Assembly (NCBI GenBank): GCA_016201645.1
Contig: JACQCL010000163.1
Span: 1-42,447 of the forward strand
Origin: Candidatus Rokuibacteriota bacterium
GTDB lineage: Bacteria > Methylomirabilota > Methylomirabilia > Rokubacteriales > CSP1-6
Reading direction: 5' to 3'
DNA length: 42,447 nt
The notes under the pieces were generated by a model. It did no database searches, was not told where the DNA came from, and worked only from the letters and a program-made list of their open reading frames with translations. Shown here one piece after another: positions 26,658 to 36,461 of this stretch. Positions within the stretch are counted from its first letter, which is position 1, and each line of letters opens with the position of its first letter. The translations under genes and the position numbers were made by a program.

Positions 26658-27824
26658 ATGTCGAGCATCATGCTGGTGGCCGGGGAGGCGTCCGGGGATC
26701 TTCACGGGGCGACCCTCGCGCGTCAGCTGCGGCGCCTCGCTCCCTCCGTTTCGCTCACAGGGATGGGCGGGTCGCGGATGGCCGAGGCCGGGGTCGGCCT
26801 CCTCTTCGACGTGACGCGGCTGGCGGTGGTCGGGGGCAGCGAAGCCGTCCGGCGGCTGCCGGCGTTGTACCGGACGTATCGTCAGCTCATCAGTCGGCTC
26901 AAGGAAGCACCACCCCGGGCGGTGGTCCTCATCGACTTCCCCGAATTCAACTTGAGGGTGGCGCGGCAAGCGGAGCACTTGGGGATTCCCGTCATTTACT
27001 TCATCCCGCCTCAGGTCTGGGCGTGGCGGCCGGGGCGCGTGCGGGTCATTGCCAGGATCGCCAGCTGCGTGCTCGTCGTCTTCCCGTTTGAGGTCCCGCT
27101 CTACGAATCGGCGGGCGCACGCGTCAAGTTCGTCGGGCACCCTCTCCTGGACGGGCTGGCCTCGCCCCCGGCTCGGGGCGAGTCGCGGCGCAGCCTTGGC
27201 GTTCCCGCCGAGGCCACGCTGGTCGGGCTCCTTCCCGGAAGCCGTCGCGAGGAGGTAGAACGACTGCTCCCCGAGATGCTCAGGGCGGCGGCCCTCATCC
27301 GTGGCGCCCGGCCGGATGTTCAGTTCGTTCTCGCCCCCGCGCCGACTGTGGACCGGGCTCTCGTGAACTCCCTGCTGGCCGTTGCACCGGTCCCGGTCCC
27401 GCTCGCGGCGGGGAGGGCCTACGAGGTTATGGCGGCCTCGGACCTGCTTGTCGTGGCCTCCGGGACCGCGACGCTCGAGGCGGCGTTGATCGGGACACCG
27501 ATGGTGGTCTGCTACCGGGTGTCGCGCGTGTCCCGCCTGGTGGGACGTCTGCTCCTCAGAACCCCGTGGATCAGCCTGGCCAATATCGTGGCGGGGCGGG
27601 CCGTGGTCCCCGAGCTCCTCCAGGATGAAGCCACCGGGGGGCGCATGGCCGGAGAGGCGCTCCGGCTCCTGGGCTCGCCGGAAGCCCTCGGAGCCCAGCG
27701 CGCGGCGTTCGCGGAGGTCCGGGGGAAACTCGGCACCGCTGGCGTCGGCGAACGGGCGGCCCGGAGCGTCCTGGAGGTCGCGGGATTGACGATCGCCGCA
27801 CCGCTGAGCGCGACGGGGCGATGA
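26658..27824 (+). CDS. lpxB: Lipid-A-disaccharide synthase
   Basis: IMLVAGEASGDLHGA N-terminus, IDFPEFN, YFIPPQVWAWR and GTATLE motifs. An alternative GTG at 26643 (GTGA overlap with lpxI) is 5 codons upstream. Confidence 0.92.
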   Translation: MSSIMLVAGEASGDLHGATLARQLRRLAPSVSLTGMGGSRMAEAGVGLLFDVTRLAVVGGSEAVRRLPALYRTYRQLISRLKEAPPRAVVLIDFPEFNLRVARQAEHLGIPVIYFIPPQVWAWRPGRVRVIARIASCVLVVFPFEVPLYESAGARVKFVGHPLLDGLASPPARGESRRSLGVPAEATLVGLLPGSRREEVERLLPEMLRAAALIRGARPDVQFVLAPAPTVDRALVNSLLAVAPVPVPLAAGRAYEVMAASDLLVVASGTATLEAALIGTPMVVCYRVSRVSRLVGRLLLRTPWISLANIVAGRAVVPELLQDEATGGRMAGEALRLLGSPEALGAQRAAFAEVRGKLGTAGVGERAARSVLEVAGLTIAAPLSATGR

Positions 27825-28483
27825 CGCTCTCGGATCGGGTACTTCTCGGGTTCGCTCCCCCGCTCGCCCACTGGGTGGTCCGGCTCTTGGCGCTCACCTT
27901 GAGACTTCGGATCGTGGATGAGGAACACGCCCGTACCGTCTGGGAGCGCGGCGGGCCGGTGATCTACGCGATCTGGCACGGTCGCGTCTTGATGATTCCC
28001 GCCCTCTATGGCCGAAGGCGCACCGTCCACGTGATGGCGAGCCGGTCTCGCGACGGAGAGCTGGTGGCCAGGTTCGCCCGGCGGTTCGGATTCCGAACGG
28101 TACGGGGCTCCACGTCGCGCGGCGGGTCTGAGGCGTTGAGAAAGCTCGCCCGGCTTCTCCGCCAGGGGCGGGAAGTGGCGGTCATTCCGGACGGCCCTCT
28201 CGGGCCGCGCGGGGTCGTCCAGCGGGGCGTGATCGCGCTCGCGCGGCTGACAGGGGCGCCAATTATCCCGCTCGCGTTCGGCGCCCATCCGGGCTGGCGC
28301 CTTCGGAGCTGGGATGAGTTCCTCATCCCCATGCCCTTCGCCCGTTCCGTCGTGTGCTTTGGGGCGCCACTCTGGGTGCCGGCGGATGCGGATCGTCCTG
28401 GCCAGGAAGCGCTGAGGAAGGAGCTCGAGGCCGCGCTGACCCAGTTGACCTGGCGCGCCGACGAATTCGTTCGAGGGGGATAG
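27821..28483 (+). CDS. DUF374-family protein (LpxJ-like putative lipid A secondary acyltransferase)
   Basis: Matches the DUF374 pattern: IYAIWHGR, S.S.DGE, G...VRGS..RGG, PDGP.GP. It sits between lpxB and waaA with an ATGA overlap. Confidence 0.7.
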   Translation: MTLSDRVLLGFAPPLAHWVVRLLALTLRLRIVDEEHARTVWERGGPVIYAIWHGRVLMIPALYGRRRTVHVMASRSRDGELVARFARRFGFRTVRGSTSRGGSEALRKLARLLRQGREVAVIPDGPLGPRGVVQRGVIALARLTGAPIIPLAFGAHPGWRLRSWDEFLIPMPFARSVVCFGAPLWVPADADRPGQEALRKELEAALTQLTWRADEFVRGG

Positions 28484-28484
28484 C

Positions 28485-29783
28485 GTGTACGTCCTCTACA
28501 CCTGCCTCTTGCTCGCAGTCGTCCTTGCCTACGCGCCGGTGTTCGTCCTCCGGCGCCTCCTGAGCGAGCGGGACGCGACGGGCCTGCTCCAGCGGCTCGG
28601 GTACCGGTCTCCGCGACTTCCGCCGGAGCCCCGCTGCTGGATCCACGCGGTTTCGGTCGGGGAAGTCATGGCGGCCCTCCCCCTGATCGACGCGTTGCGC
28701 CGCCGGTGGCCTTACCTCCACCCGGTTGTCAGCACGGTGACGCCGACCGGCGCCAAGGTCGCCAGAGAACGGCTCGGCCCTGAGGTGACTCATTTCTACT
28801 TCCCGCTCGATTTCCCCGGCCCTGTGCACCGCGTCCTGGCCGGCGTCAGGCCCCGGTTCTTCATCGCCATGGAAACCGAGCTCTGGCCCAACTTCCTCCG
28901 GGCGCTTCGCGCCCGTGGCGTCCCCGCGATGATCGCCAACGGCCGGATCTCCGATCGCTCATTCAGACGCTACCGGCTCGTGCGTCCCTTCATGCACCGG
29001 ATCCTCGACGGGATCACGGTGTTCGGCATGCAGTCGGCGGAAGACGCCCGGCGGATCATTTCCCTCGGCGCCCCGCCCGAGCGGGTGATCGTCACCGGCA
29101 ACTTGAAAACCGACGTCCCGCCCAGCGAGGCGGGGGGCGACGCCCTGTGGCGGCGCCTCCTGGGCCTGACCGGCGAGGAGCTGGTCTGGGTCGCCGGGAG
29201 TACGCACCGCGGGGAGGAGGAGTTGCTCCTGGAGGGCTTCGACGGCCTGAAGCGTCGGCACCCCTCGCTGGTTCTGGTGATCGCGCCCCGCCATCCGGAG
29301 CGGGTTCCGGAAGTCGAGCGCCTGATCCGAGCGCGCGGTCACGCATCCGTGCGACGAACCGCCCTTCCCAGGGATCGCAACCGGAACGCCATCATCGTAC
29401 TCGACACCGTGGGCGAGCTGGCCCAGCTCTATCAACTGGCCGAGGTCGTCTTCGTGGGAGGGAGCCTCGTGCCGGCCGGGGGCCACAACATGCTGGAGCC
29501 GGCTCTGAGGCGAAAGCCCGTCGTGTTCGGCCCGCACACCACGAATTTCAGAGACGGGACCGAGCTCTTGATGAAGGCCGGGGCCGCGCGCGTTGTGAGG
29601 GACGGCCGAGACCTTGCGAACATCCTGGATCAGCTGCTCCGCGATCCCGGGCTCAGGGCCAGCATGGGAGAGGCCGCCTTCGAGGCGGTGGCGGGCCGCC
29701 AGGGGGCCCTGCGCCATACGCTGGAGCTGATCGAGCGCTTTCTCTCGCCGGCCGCCTTTGCCGCTGGCTCGGGTGCCGAGTGA
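28485..29783 (+). CDS. waaA: 3-deoxy-D-manno-octulosonic acid (Kdo) transferase
   Basis: WIHAVSVGE, ETELWPN, GGSL...GGHN.LEPA motifs. GTG 28485. Confidence 0.92.
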   Translation: MYVLYTCLLLAVVLAYAPVFVLRRLLSERDATGLLQRLGYRSPRLPPEPRCWIHAVSVGEVMAALPLIDALRRRWPYLHPVVSTVTPTGAKVARERLGPEVTHFYFPLDFPGPVHRVLAGVRPRFFIAMETELWPNFLRALRARGVPAMIANGRISDRSFRRYRLVRPFMHRILDGITVFGMQSAEDARRIISLGAPPERVIVTGNLKTDVPPSEAGGDALWRRLLGLTGEELVWVAGSTHRGEEELLLEGFDGLKRRHPSLVLVIAPRHPERVPEVERLIRARGHASVRRTALPRDRNRNAIIVLDTVGELAQLYQLAEVVFVGGSLVPAGGHNMLEPALRRKPVVFGPHTTNFRDGTELLMKAGAARVVRDGRDLANILDQLLRDPGLRASMGEAAFEAVAGRQGALRHTLELIERFLSPAAFAAGSGAE

Positions 29784-30886
29784 AGCTCGGTTTCCCCTCC
29801 GCGCGGCCGGTCCGCCGGGCGTGGGAGCAGGAGATGCCCCCGCTGATGGCCCTCGGGCTTTCGGCCGCGACGGCGGGTTATCGGGGGCTCCTGGAGGCCC
29901 GGGACCGCCTCTACCAGTGGGGAGTCCTCACGAGCCGGCGGCTTCCTTGCCCTGTCATCTCGATCGGTAACGTGACGCTTGGCGGGACGGGAAAGACTCC
30001 GGCCGTCGAGCTCGCTGTCTGTACCCTCCGGGAATTGGGCGTGCACCCGGCCGTGGTGAGCCGCGGCTACGGGCGGCGGTCCTCCGGCGTTCAGGTGGTG
30101 GCTGATGGGAAGGGCCTCAGGATGCCGCCTGAGGAGGCGGGAGACGAGCCGTTCCTCCTGGCCCGCCGGCTCCGCGACGTCCCGGTTGTCGTGGGAGAAA
30201 ACCGGTATGAGGCGGGACGGCGCTGTCTGGAGAGCTTCCCAGTCCAAGCGCTCGTGCTGGACGATGCCTTGCAGCACCGAACCCTTGAGAAGGACCTGGA
30301 GATTGTTCTGGTCGCCGGGCAGTCCCCCTGGGGGAACGGGCATCTCTTCCCCCGGGGGCCGCTCAGGGAGCCGCTCCACGCACTCGGGCGGGCGCACTTA
30401 TTGATGGTGACCAACGCGGAGAGCGGCGAGCTTGCGGCCGTGGCCGAGACGCTCCGGCGCCACAACCCGCGGGCCCCGATTGTCGTGGCCGAGTATCACC
30501 CGGTAGAATGCTTTGAGGTGACGGACCCGACGCCGTATGCTCCGGCTCACGCGCCCGACGCGCTCAGGGGGCGCCGGCTCTTGGCCTTTGCCGGGATCGC
30601 GCGACCGGAGAGCTTTCGCCGGACCCTGGAGCGATTGGGGGCTTCGCTCACGGGCCTCGTCGAGTTCCCGGACCACCACTGGTACCGGGCCGAGGATCTG
30701 GCCAGGGTCGCCGAGCGGGCTCGGAAGTCGGGAGCGGAGGGTCTCATCACGACAGAGAAAGATTATGTGCGGCTCTCGGCGGCGGCGCTCCGCACGCTGC
30801 CGATCTGGGTCCTGTCGGTTCGCTTGACGATCACCGAGGGACAGGCGCGCTGGCGCCAGGCCCTTGAAGAGGTTCTTCACCGTTGA
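29780..30886 (+). CDS. lpxK: Tetraacyldisaccharide 4'-kinase
   Basis: VISIGNVTLGGTGKTP P-loop, SRGYGR, GDEP, DDALQH. GTG 29780 overlaps the waaA TGA (GTGA). The track start at 29147 is an R/G-rich out-of-frame overlap. Confidence 0.9.
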   Translation: MKLGFPSARPVRRAWEQEMPPLMALGLSAATAGYRGLLEARDRLYQWGVLTSRRLPCPVISIGNVTLGGTGKTPAVELAVCTLRELGVHPAVVSRGYGRRSSGVQVVADGKGLRMPPEEAGDEPFLLARRLRDVPVVVGENRYEAGRRCLESFPVQALVLDDALQHRTLEKDLEIVLVAGQSPWGNGHLFPRGPLREPLHALGRAHLLMVTNAESGELAAVAETLRRHNPRAPIVVAEYHPVECFEVTDPTPYAPAHAPDALRGRRLLAFAGIARPESFRRTLERLGASLTGLVEFPDHHWYRAEDLARVAERARKSGAEGLITTEKDYVRLSAAALRTLPIWVLSVRLTITEGQARWRQALEEVLHR

Positions 30887-31950
30887 ACGCGCCGCCGGAG
30901 CTCGACACCCGCCACCTTCTCGTCAGGCTTCCCAACTGGCTCGGCGACACGGTCATGGCGTTGCCGGCGCTCCGGGCGCTTCGGGCCGGTCTCCCCGAAT
31001 GCCAGATCACGCTCGTCGGGCCGTGGGCGCCTCTCCTCTTCGATCAGGGGCTTGCTGATCGCTTCGTGGCCTACCCGAGGGGGTGGCGAAAGCGGCTTGG
31101 GGCCGTCCGCGACCTCCGGCGGCTTCGAGCCGAGACGGCGCTGCTCCTGCCCAATTCCATCGAGTCCGTGCTGGCCGCCTGGCTCTGGGGCGCGCGCTGG
31201 ATCATCGGCTACGCCGCCGACGGTCGGCGGGGCCTCCTCTCGCATCCGCTGCCGCAGCCTCAGCCGCGCCGCCACCAGGTGGACGAGTACCTGGGGCTGC
31301 TCCGGCCGTTCGGCCTCGAGCCCGCCCCAGACCGGCCGAGGTGGATCTTTCAGCGCGGCACGACCGAGGAGCGCGTCGAGGCGCTGCTCTCCTCAAGCGC
31401 CGCGCGTTCCGGTCTCCGGGTCGGCATTCACCTCGGGGCCGCCTTCGGGCCATCGAAGCTCTGGCCCCCCGACCGCCTCGCGGCCCTCGCTCGCGAATTA
31501 GGCCGCCGGGGCCTCGTCCCCGTGCTTTTGGGAGCGCCGTCGGACACATCCATCGCGAATGCGGTGGTCGCGGAGGCGGGTGGGGAACTGATCTCGCTGG
31601 TCGGCAAGGATGCCCCTGAACTCCTCCCATGTCTCCTGGCTCGCTTGGACATCCTTGTCGGCATGGATACGGGGGTCGCGCATCTGGCCGCCGCCGTGGG
31701 CATCCCCGTGGTGGCGCTCTTCGGGCCGACCGATCCCGCACTCACGGCGCCTCGGGGCCCAGACACCTCTGTCATCTGGAAGCCGCCACCCTGTGCTCCC
31801 TGTTTTCTTCCCGAGTGTCCCATCGAGCATCCCTGTATGCGGTCCATCGGCGTGGAGGAGGTCCTTCAGGCCGTCGAGAGCCGGCTTGGAGGCGTCTCCT
31901 CTGGCCTCGGGGCGCCTCCGCGCCCGAGGCTCGGCCAAGACATTCCATGA
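30883..31950 (+). CDS. waaF: GT9 ADP-heptose:LPS heptosyltransferase, WaaF (HepII)-like
   Basis: PNWLGDTVMALPALRAL, LLPNSIESVL (compare E. coli WaaF LPNSFKSAL), GAAFGPSKLWP, DTGVAHLAAA...P.VALFGPT. TTG 30883 overlaps the lpxK TGA. Confidence 0.75.
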   Translation: MNAPPELDTRHLLVRLPNWLGDTVMALPALRALRAGLPECQITLVGPWAPLLFDQGLADRFVAYPRGWRKRLGAVRDLRRLRAETALLLPNSIESVLAAWLWGARWIIGYAADGRRGLLSHPLPQPQPRRHQVDEYLGLLRPFGLEPAPDRPRWIFQRGTTEERVEALLSSSAARSGLRVGIHLGAAFGPSKLWPPDRLAALARELGRRGLVPVLLGAPSDTSIANAVVAEAGGELISLVGKDAPELLPCLLARLDILVGMDTGVAHLAAAVGIPVVALFGPTDPALTAPRGPDTSVIWKPPPCAPCFLPECPIEHPCMRSIGVEEVLQAVESRLGGVSSGLGAPPRPRLGQDIP

Positions 31951-33029
31951 GCACCGTCATCCTGCACGCGGAGTCCTCGCTTGGCCTGGGGGGCCAGGAG
32001 ATCCGGATCATGACCGAGACGCGCTGGCTTCTGGCCCATGGCTGGGACGCTCTCGTGGCCTGCCAGCCTGAGAGCCGGCTCCTGGTCGCAGCGCGGGCCG
32101 CCGGGCTCCCATTCGTGGCGGTGAAGATGCGGGGCCCGGTGGATCTCCGGGCGATCGCCGCGCTCAGGCGGCTCGCGAAGGAGCGCGAGGTCGCCCTGGT
32201 TCACACCCACAGTTCGATTGATAGTTGGGCCGCCACGCTTGCCGCCAAAACGCTCGGCCTGCCGGTCGTGAGGAGTCGCCACGTGTCGATCCCGATTCCC
32301 CGCCGCCGGGCGCTCGTCTATCGCCTCGCGGATCGCGTCATCACGAGCGGGGACGCGATCAGGGACGTCGTCCGCGCGGCCGGGGTCAAGGCCGAGCGCA
32401 TCGTGTCCATCCCGGCGGGGGTGGACACCACCCGGTTTCATCCCGGCGTGTCAGGCGGAGCCGTACGCAAAGAACTGGGCCTCACCGGCCCTGTGGCGGG
32501 TCTTGTCGCGATGGTTCGCGGGTCCAAGGGGCACCGCTTTTTCCTGGAGGCGGCCCGAGAGATTCTCCAGGCGCTGCCCGAGACGCGCTTCTTGATCGTC
32601 GGTGACGGGATCGGCTACGAGGACGTCAAGCGCCGTGTCCGCGAGATGGGGCTTGAGCAGGCGGTGATCATGACCGGGTTCCGGACCGACATCCCCGAGG
32701 TGATGGCCGCGCTCGACGTCCTCGTGCTCCCATCCGTCAGATCGGAAGCCACCTCCCAGGTGATTCCCCAGGCGCTGGCGGTGGGGACGCCGGTGGTCGC
32801 GACCGCCACCGGAGGGATCCCCGAGATTATTCGCGACGGGGAGACCGGGCGCCTCGTCCCTCCCGCCGATCCCCATGCCCTTGCGCACGCCATCCTGTCC
32901 TTGCTCCGGGATCGCGCCTACGCGCGGCAGCTGGCCCAGGCCGGCCAAGCCCTGGTGCGTGAGCGGTACACGATCGAACAGATGATGGCCCAGACGACCC
33001 GCGTGTACGCGGAGCTCACCGGGCGATGA
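31947..33029 (+). CDS. GT-B glycosyltransferase, family 4 (LPS core/outer-core)
   Basis: GT4 N-domain (GGQE...). C-terminal Glycos_transf_1 domain with PS..SEA.SQVIPQALAVGTPVVAT..GGIPEII.DGETG. ATGA overlap with the upstream gene. Confidence 0.8.
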   Translation: MSTVILHAESSLGLGGQEIRIMTETRWLLAHGWDALVACQPESRLLVAARAAGLPFVAVKMRGPVDLRAIAALRRLAKEREVALVHTHSSIDSWAATLAAKTLGLPVVRSRHVSIPIPRRRALVYRLADRVITSGDAIRDVVRAAGVKAERIVSIPAGVDTTRFHPGVSGGAVRKELGLTGPVAGLVAMVRGSKGHRFFLEAAREILQALPETRFLIVGDGIGYEDVKRRVREMGLEQAVIMTGFRTDIPEVMAALDVLVLPSVRSEATSQVIPQALAVGTPVVATATGGIPEIIRDGETGRLVPPADPHALAHAILSLLRDRAYARQLAQAGQALVRERYTIEQMMAQTTRVYAELTGR

Positions 33030-34180
33030 CGCCGCTCACGATTCTCCACCTGGCGGCAAACCGCTGGTGGACCGGGAGCGCCGACCCGATCATCCGTCTC
33101 GCGAAGGGGCTCGAGGAACGCGGGCACCGCGTCCTGCTCGGAGTGACTCCCGGGGATCGCTTCGAGGCCAAGGCTCTGGAGGCCGGGATCCGTCTCGTTC
33201 CGGGGCTCTCCCTTTCCGTGCGTCTGGCCCCAGTGGCCCTCCTGAGGGATGTCGTCCGCCTCCGACGGCTCGTCAGGGACCAGCGCCCCGACCTGATCCA
33301 CGCCCACCACTCCCACGATCACTGGCTGGCGATGGCGGCGCGGGGCTCTGCGACGGTGATCCGCACCTTTCATACTGCTCGCGCTGTGAGGCGGAGATGG
33401 CCCGCGCCGTTCCTTTACCGGCGGACGGACGGCGCCATCGCCGTTAGCTGCCAAATCCGGGAGCGCTGCCGGGAGGCGGGGATCCCGGCGGAGCGGCTCT
33501 GGACGATCGGCGGCGTCGTGGATCCCCGTCGGTTCACGCCCGATGCCGACGGCCTGGCGGTCCGCCGCGAATTCGGCCTCGGCCCGGGGCCGGTGGTCGG
33601 GTCGGTGGCGCGGCTGGCGCCCAACCGAGGCCACGAGCTCCTGATCCGGGGCTTCGCCCGGTTTTTGGAGCAGATCCCGGAAGCCAGGTTACTCCTGGTC
33701 GGCAAGGGCGAGATGCTGCCGAAGCTTCAAGCCCTCGTCTCCGGCCTCGGCCTTTCCGGGCAGATCATCTTCACCGGCTACCGCGACCACGATCTTCCCC
33801 AGGTGCTGGCGGCGATGGATTGCTTCGCGTTGATGGGAGCGGGTTCAGACGAATCGTGCCGCGCGGCTCTGGAGGCGATGGCCGCGGGGAAGCCGGTGGT
33901 GGCGCGGCGCGTGGGCGCGTTGCCCGAGACGGTCGTGGACGGGGAGACGGGGCTTCTCCTAGCCGAGGATCATTCGGAGGCGGTTGCGCGGGCCCTTTTT
34001 GAAATCCTGGGCGATCAGGCACGGGCGCGCCGCATGGGGAAGGAAGGGCGCCGTCGGGCCGAGGTCGAGTTCAACCCGGAGCGCCACGTGCAGCAAGTCG
34101 AGCAGATTTACCAGACGATCCTTCGAGCGCGGGCTTCGCCCGCGCAACCCTGGGGGGAGGCATCGGAAGGGGGGCGTTAG
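33026..34180 (+). CDS. GT-B glycosyltransferase, family 4
   Basis: Glycos_transf_1 C-domain: L.LVGKG, ESCRAALEAMAAGKPVVARRVGALPETVVDGETGLL. ATGA overlap. Confidence 0.8.
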   Translation: MTPLTILHLAANRWWTGSADPIIRLAKGLEERGHRVLLGVTPGDRFEAKALEAGIRLVPGLSLSVRLAPVALLRDVVRLRRLVRDQRPDLIHAHHSHDHWLAMAARGSATVIRTFHTARAVRRRWPAPFLYRRTDGAIAVSCQIRERCREAGIPAERLWTIGGVVDPRRFTPDADGLAVRREFGLGPGPVVGSVARLAPNRGHELLIRGFARFLEQIPEARLLLVGKGEMLPKLQALVSGLGLSGQIIFTGYRDHDLPQVLAAMDCFALMGAGSDESCRAALEAMAAGKPVVARRVGALPETVVDGETGLLLAEDHSEAVARALFEILGDQARARRMGKEGRRRAEVEFNPERHVQQVEQIYQTILRARASPAQPWGEASEGGR

Positions 34181-34197
34181 CCCCCCTCCGAGTAAGC

Positions 34198-35322
34198 ATG
34201 AGGGTGCTTCACCTGATGAGCTGCCGCGGGTGGAGCTCCGACGCCTACTGGGCCGCCCGCGTCGCCGTCGAGATGGAGCGGGCGGGCCACGAGGTCACCC
34301 TCTGCTGTCGGGCGGGCACCGAGGCGCGCGTCATCAGTCGGGCCCGGGAGCTGGGGGCGACGCGCATCGAGACTCTCGGCCTGCGCAGCGGCTTGAGGCC
34401 GCACGACGACCTGTCCGACCTGAGGCGGCTTGGCGACTGGCTGCCGCAGGTTGACGTCCTCCACGTTCACCGCGGCAAGGAACACTGGCTCGCCGCGCTG
34501 GCCAACCGCCTCTCCAAGAGGCCGCGCCCGCTGATTCGCACCCGTCACATCGTGCAGGCCGTGAGGCCGCATGCGGCCAACCGTTGGCTCTACCGCACCG
34601 CGACGGACCTCGTGGTGACGGTGACGGAGGCGATCAGGCGCCAGTACGTGGCCTCTGGGCTCTTGCCCGCGGAGAAGGTCATCACCCTCCCGGGAGGCGT
34701 GGACGTGGAACAATTTCATCCTCGTCTGGATGGGAGCGCCGCCCGCGCCGCGTTAGGGATTCCCGACGACGCGCTGCTCGTAGGGCTGGTGAGCGGGCTC
34801 CGCGTGATGAAGGGGCATACGGTCGTCGTCGAGGCGGCCGCGCGCCTGGCACAGGACGGCATTCACCCACACCTGCTCTTTATCGGGAGGGGAAGTATGG
34901 AGGAGCGGATCAGGGAGAACATCCGGCGGGCGAGCCTTGACGGGCAGGTGAAGCTCGTCGGGTTCGTCCGCGATCTCCCGGCGGCCATGTCGGCGCTGGA
35001 CATCGCGCTCTACGTCCCGCTCGAGTCCGACGGGATGGGCCGCGTGGTGTTCGAGTGCCTCGCTCTTGGACGGCCTCTGGTGGCGAGCCGGGTCGGTGTC
35101 GTGCCCGAGGTTCTCGGCGACGGCCGCGATGCGCTCTTGGTTCCGCCAGGTGACCCGGGGCTTCTGGCTGAGGCGATCCGGCGCCTCGTCGCGGATCCCG
35201 GGCTCCGAACCGCCCTCGGCGTCGCCGGCCGGCGACTCGTGGTGGAGCGCTACTCCGGGGCATGCGTCGCCGCCCGTCTTGCCGATCTTTACGCCGGGTT
35301 GCTGGCCCGGCAGGCCTCGTGA
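34198..35322 (+). CDS. GT-B glycosyltransferase, family 4
   Basis: Glycos_transf_1 C-domain: GMGRVVFECLALGRPLVASRVGVVPEVLGDG.DALLVPPGD. Confidence 0.8.
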   Translation: MRVLHLMSCRGWSSDAYWAARVAVEMERAGHEVTLCCRAGTEARVISRARELGATRIETLGLRSGLRPHDDLSDLRRLGDWLPQVDVLHVHRGKEHWLAALANRLSKRPRPLIRTRHIVQAVRPHAANRWLYRTATDLVVTVTEAIRRQYVASGLLPAEKVITLPGGVDVEQFHPRLDGSAARAALGIPDDALLVGLVSGLRVMKGHTVVVEAAARLAQDGIHPHLLFIGRGSMEERIRENIRRASLDGQVKLVGFVRDLPAAMSALDIALYVPLESDGMGRVVFECLALGRPLVASRVGVVPEVLGDGRDALLVPPGDPGLLAEAIRRLVADPGLRTALGVAGRRLVVERYSGACVAARLADLYAGLLARQAS

Positions 35323-36461
35323 AAATCTCGGTTCTCTGCTTTGACTGCTCTGACAACGCCGCAGGTCGCGCCGACCTTCTCGCGCGTCTCCTCCGCTCGG
35401 AGTACGACGTCGAGGTGGTGGGGCCGTGCTTCGACGGAGAGATTTGGGCTCCCGTGAGCGACGGCACGGTAAAGTACCGGACGGTTGCCGGCTCGAGATA
35501 CCCCGGATTTCTTCGGATGTTTCCGGTGCTCGCCAGGCTGGCCGACGGCGACCTCCTCTACGCCTCCAAGCCCAGAACCACGAGCTACGGCGTCGGGCTC
35601 TGGGCTCGCATGGCGAGGCGGCGCCCGCTCCTCCTCGATATCGATGACTGGGAGGTCGGGTTTTTCTATCGCTCAGGCTTTTGGGGGCGGCTGGGGCGCT
35701 TCCTTAATATAGGAAACCCCAACGGGCTCCCGTGGACCTGGCTGATGGAGCGATTGGCCGGCCGAGCCCAGGCCCTCACCGCGGGCTCGCGTTTTCTCCA
35801 GGCGCGATTCGGGGGGGTGCTTATTCCCCATGTGAGGGACACCGATGAGTGGCGGCCTGAGCGCTTCGGCCCTGAGCCCGGACGGGCAAGGCTCGGAGTC
35901 GGCTCAGAACGGGTGGTGATGTTCCTCGGAACGCCGCGCTCTCACAAGGGCATCGACGACCTGGCTGAAGCGATACGGATTCTCTCCAGGCCCGATGTGA
36001 TCCTCGCCGTCGTGGGATGCCCTCCCGAGAGCGCCGCCGCCCGCCGCCTTGCCGTGCTCGGCAACAGCGTGAGGCTCGTCCCCGAGATCCCGTTCGCCGA
36101 GGTCCCGCTCTACGTTGCCGCTGCCGACGTCGTGGCGGTCCCTCAGCGTCTCGGGGCGGATACCATCGGCCAAGTCCCCGCCAAGATTTTCGACGCCATG
36201 GCGCTTGCCCGCCCGGTTGTCTCCACACGGGTTTCGATGATCCCCGAGATCCTGGAAGGGTGCGGCTTGGTCATCGAGCCCGGCGATCCGGCTGACCTTG
36301 CCCGCGCGATGGCGTGGCTTCTCGACCATCCCGCCGAAGCCAGAGTCCTAGGCCAGAAGGCCCGCGAGCGCTGCGTCGCCCGCTACAGCTTCGCTGCGGC
36401 CCGCCGGCTCCTCTTCCCGCTCATCGAGCAAGTTGTTGCGCGATCCAAATCCGAACGATGA
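35319..36461 (+). CDS. GT-B glycosyltransferase (divergent GT1/GT4-like)
   Basis: The C-terminal half resembles Glycos_transf_1 (VMFLGTPRSHKGIDDL, KIFDAMALARPVVSTRVSMIPEIL). The N-terminal half is divergent. GTG 35319 overlaps the upstream TGA. Confidence 0.65.
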   Translation: MKISVLCFDCSDNAAGRADLLARLLRSEYDVEVVGPCFDGEIWAPVSDGTVKYRTVAGSRYPGFLRMFPVLARLADGDLLYASKPRTTSYGVGLWARMARRRPLLLDIDDWEVGFFYRSGFWGRLGRFLNIGNPNGLPWTWLMERLAGRAQALTAGSRFLQARFGGVLIPHVRDTDEWRPERFGPEPGRARLGVGSERVVMFLGTPRSHKGIDDLAEAIRILSRPDVILAVVGCPPESAAARRLAVLGNSVRLVPEIPFAEVPLYVAAADVVAVPQRLGADTIGQVPAKIFDAMALARPVVSTRVSMIPEILEGCGLVIEPGDPADLARAMAWLLDHPAEARVLGQKARERCVARYSFAAARRLLFPLIEQVVARSKSER

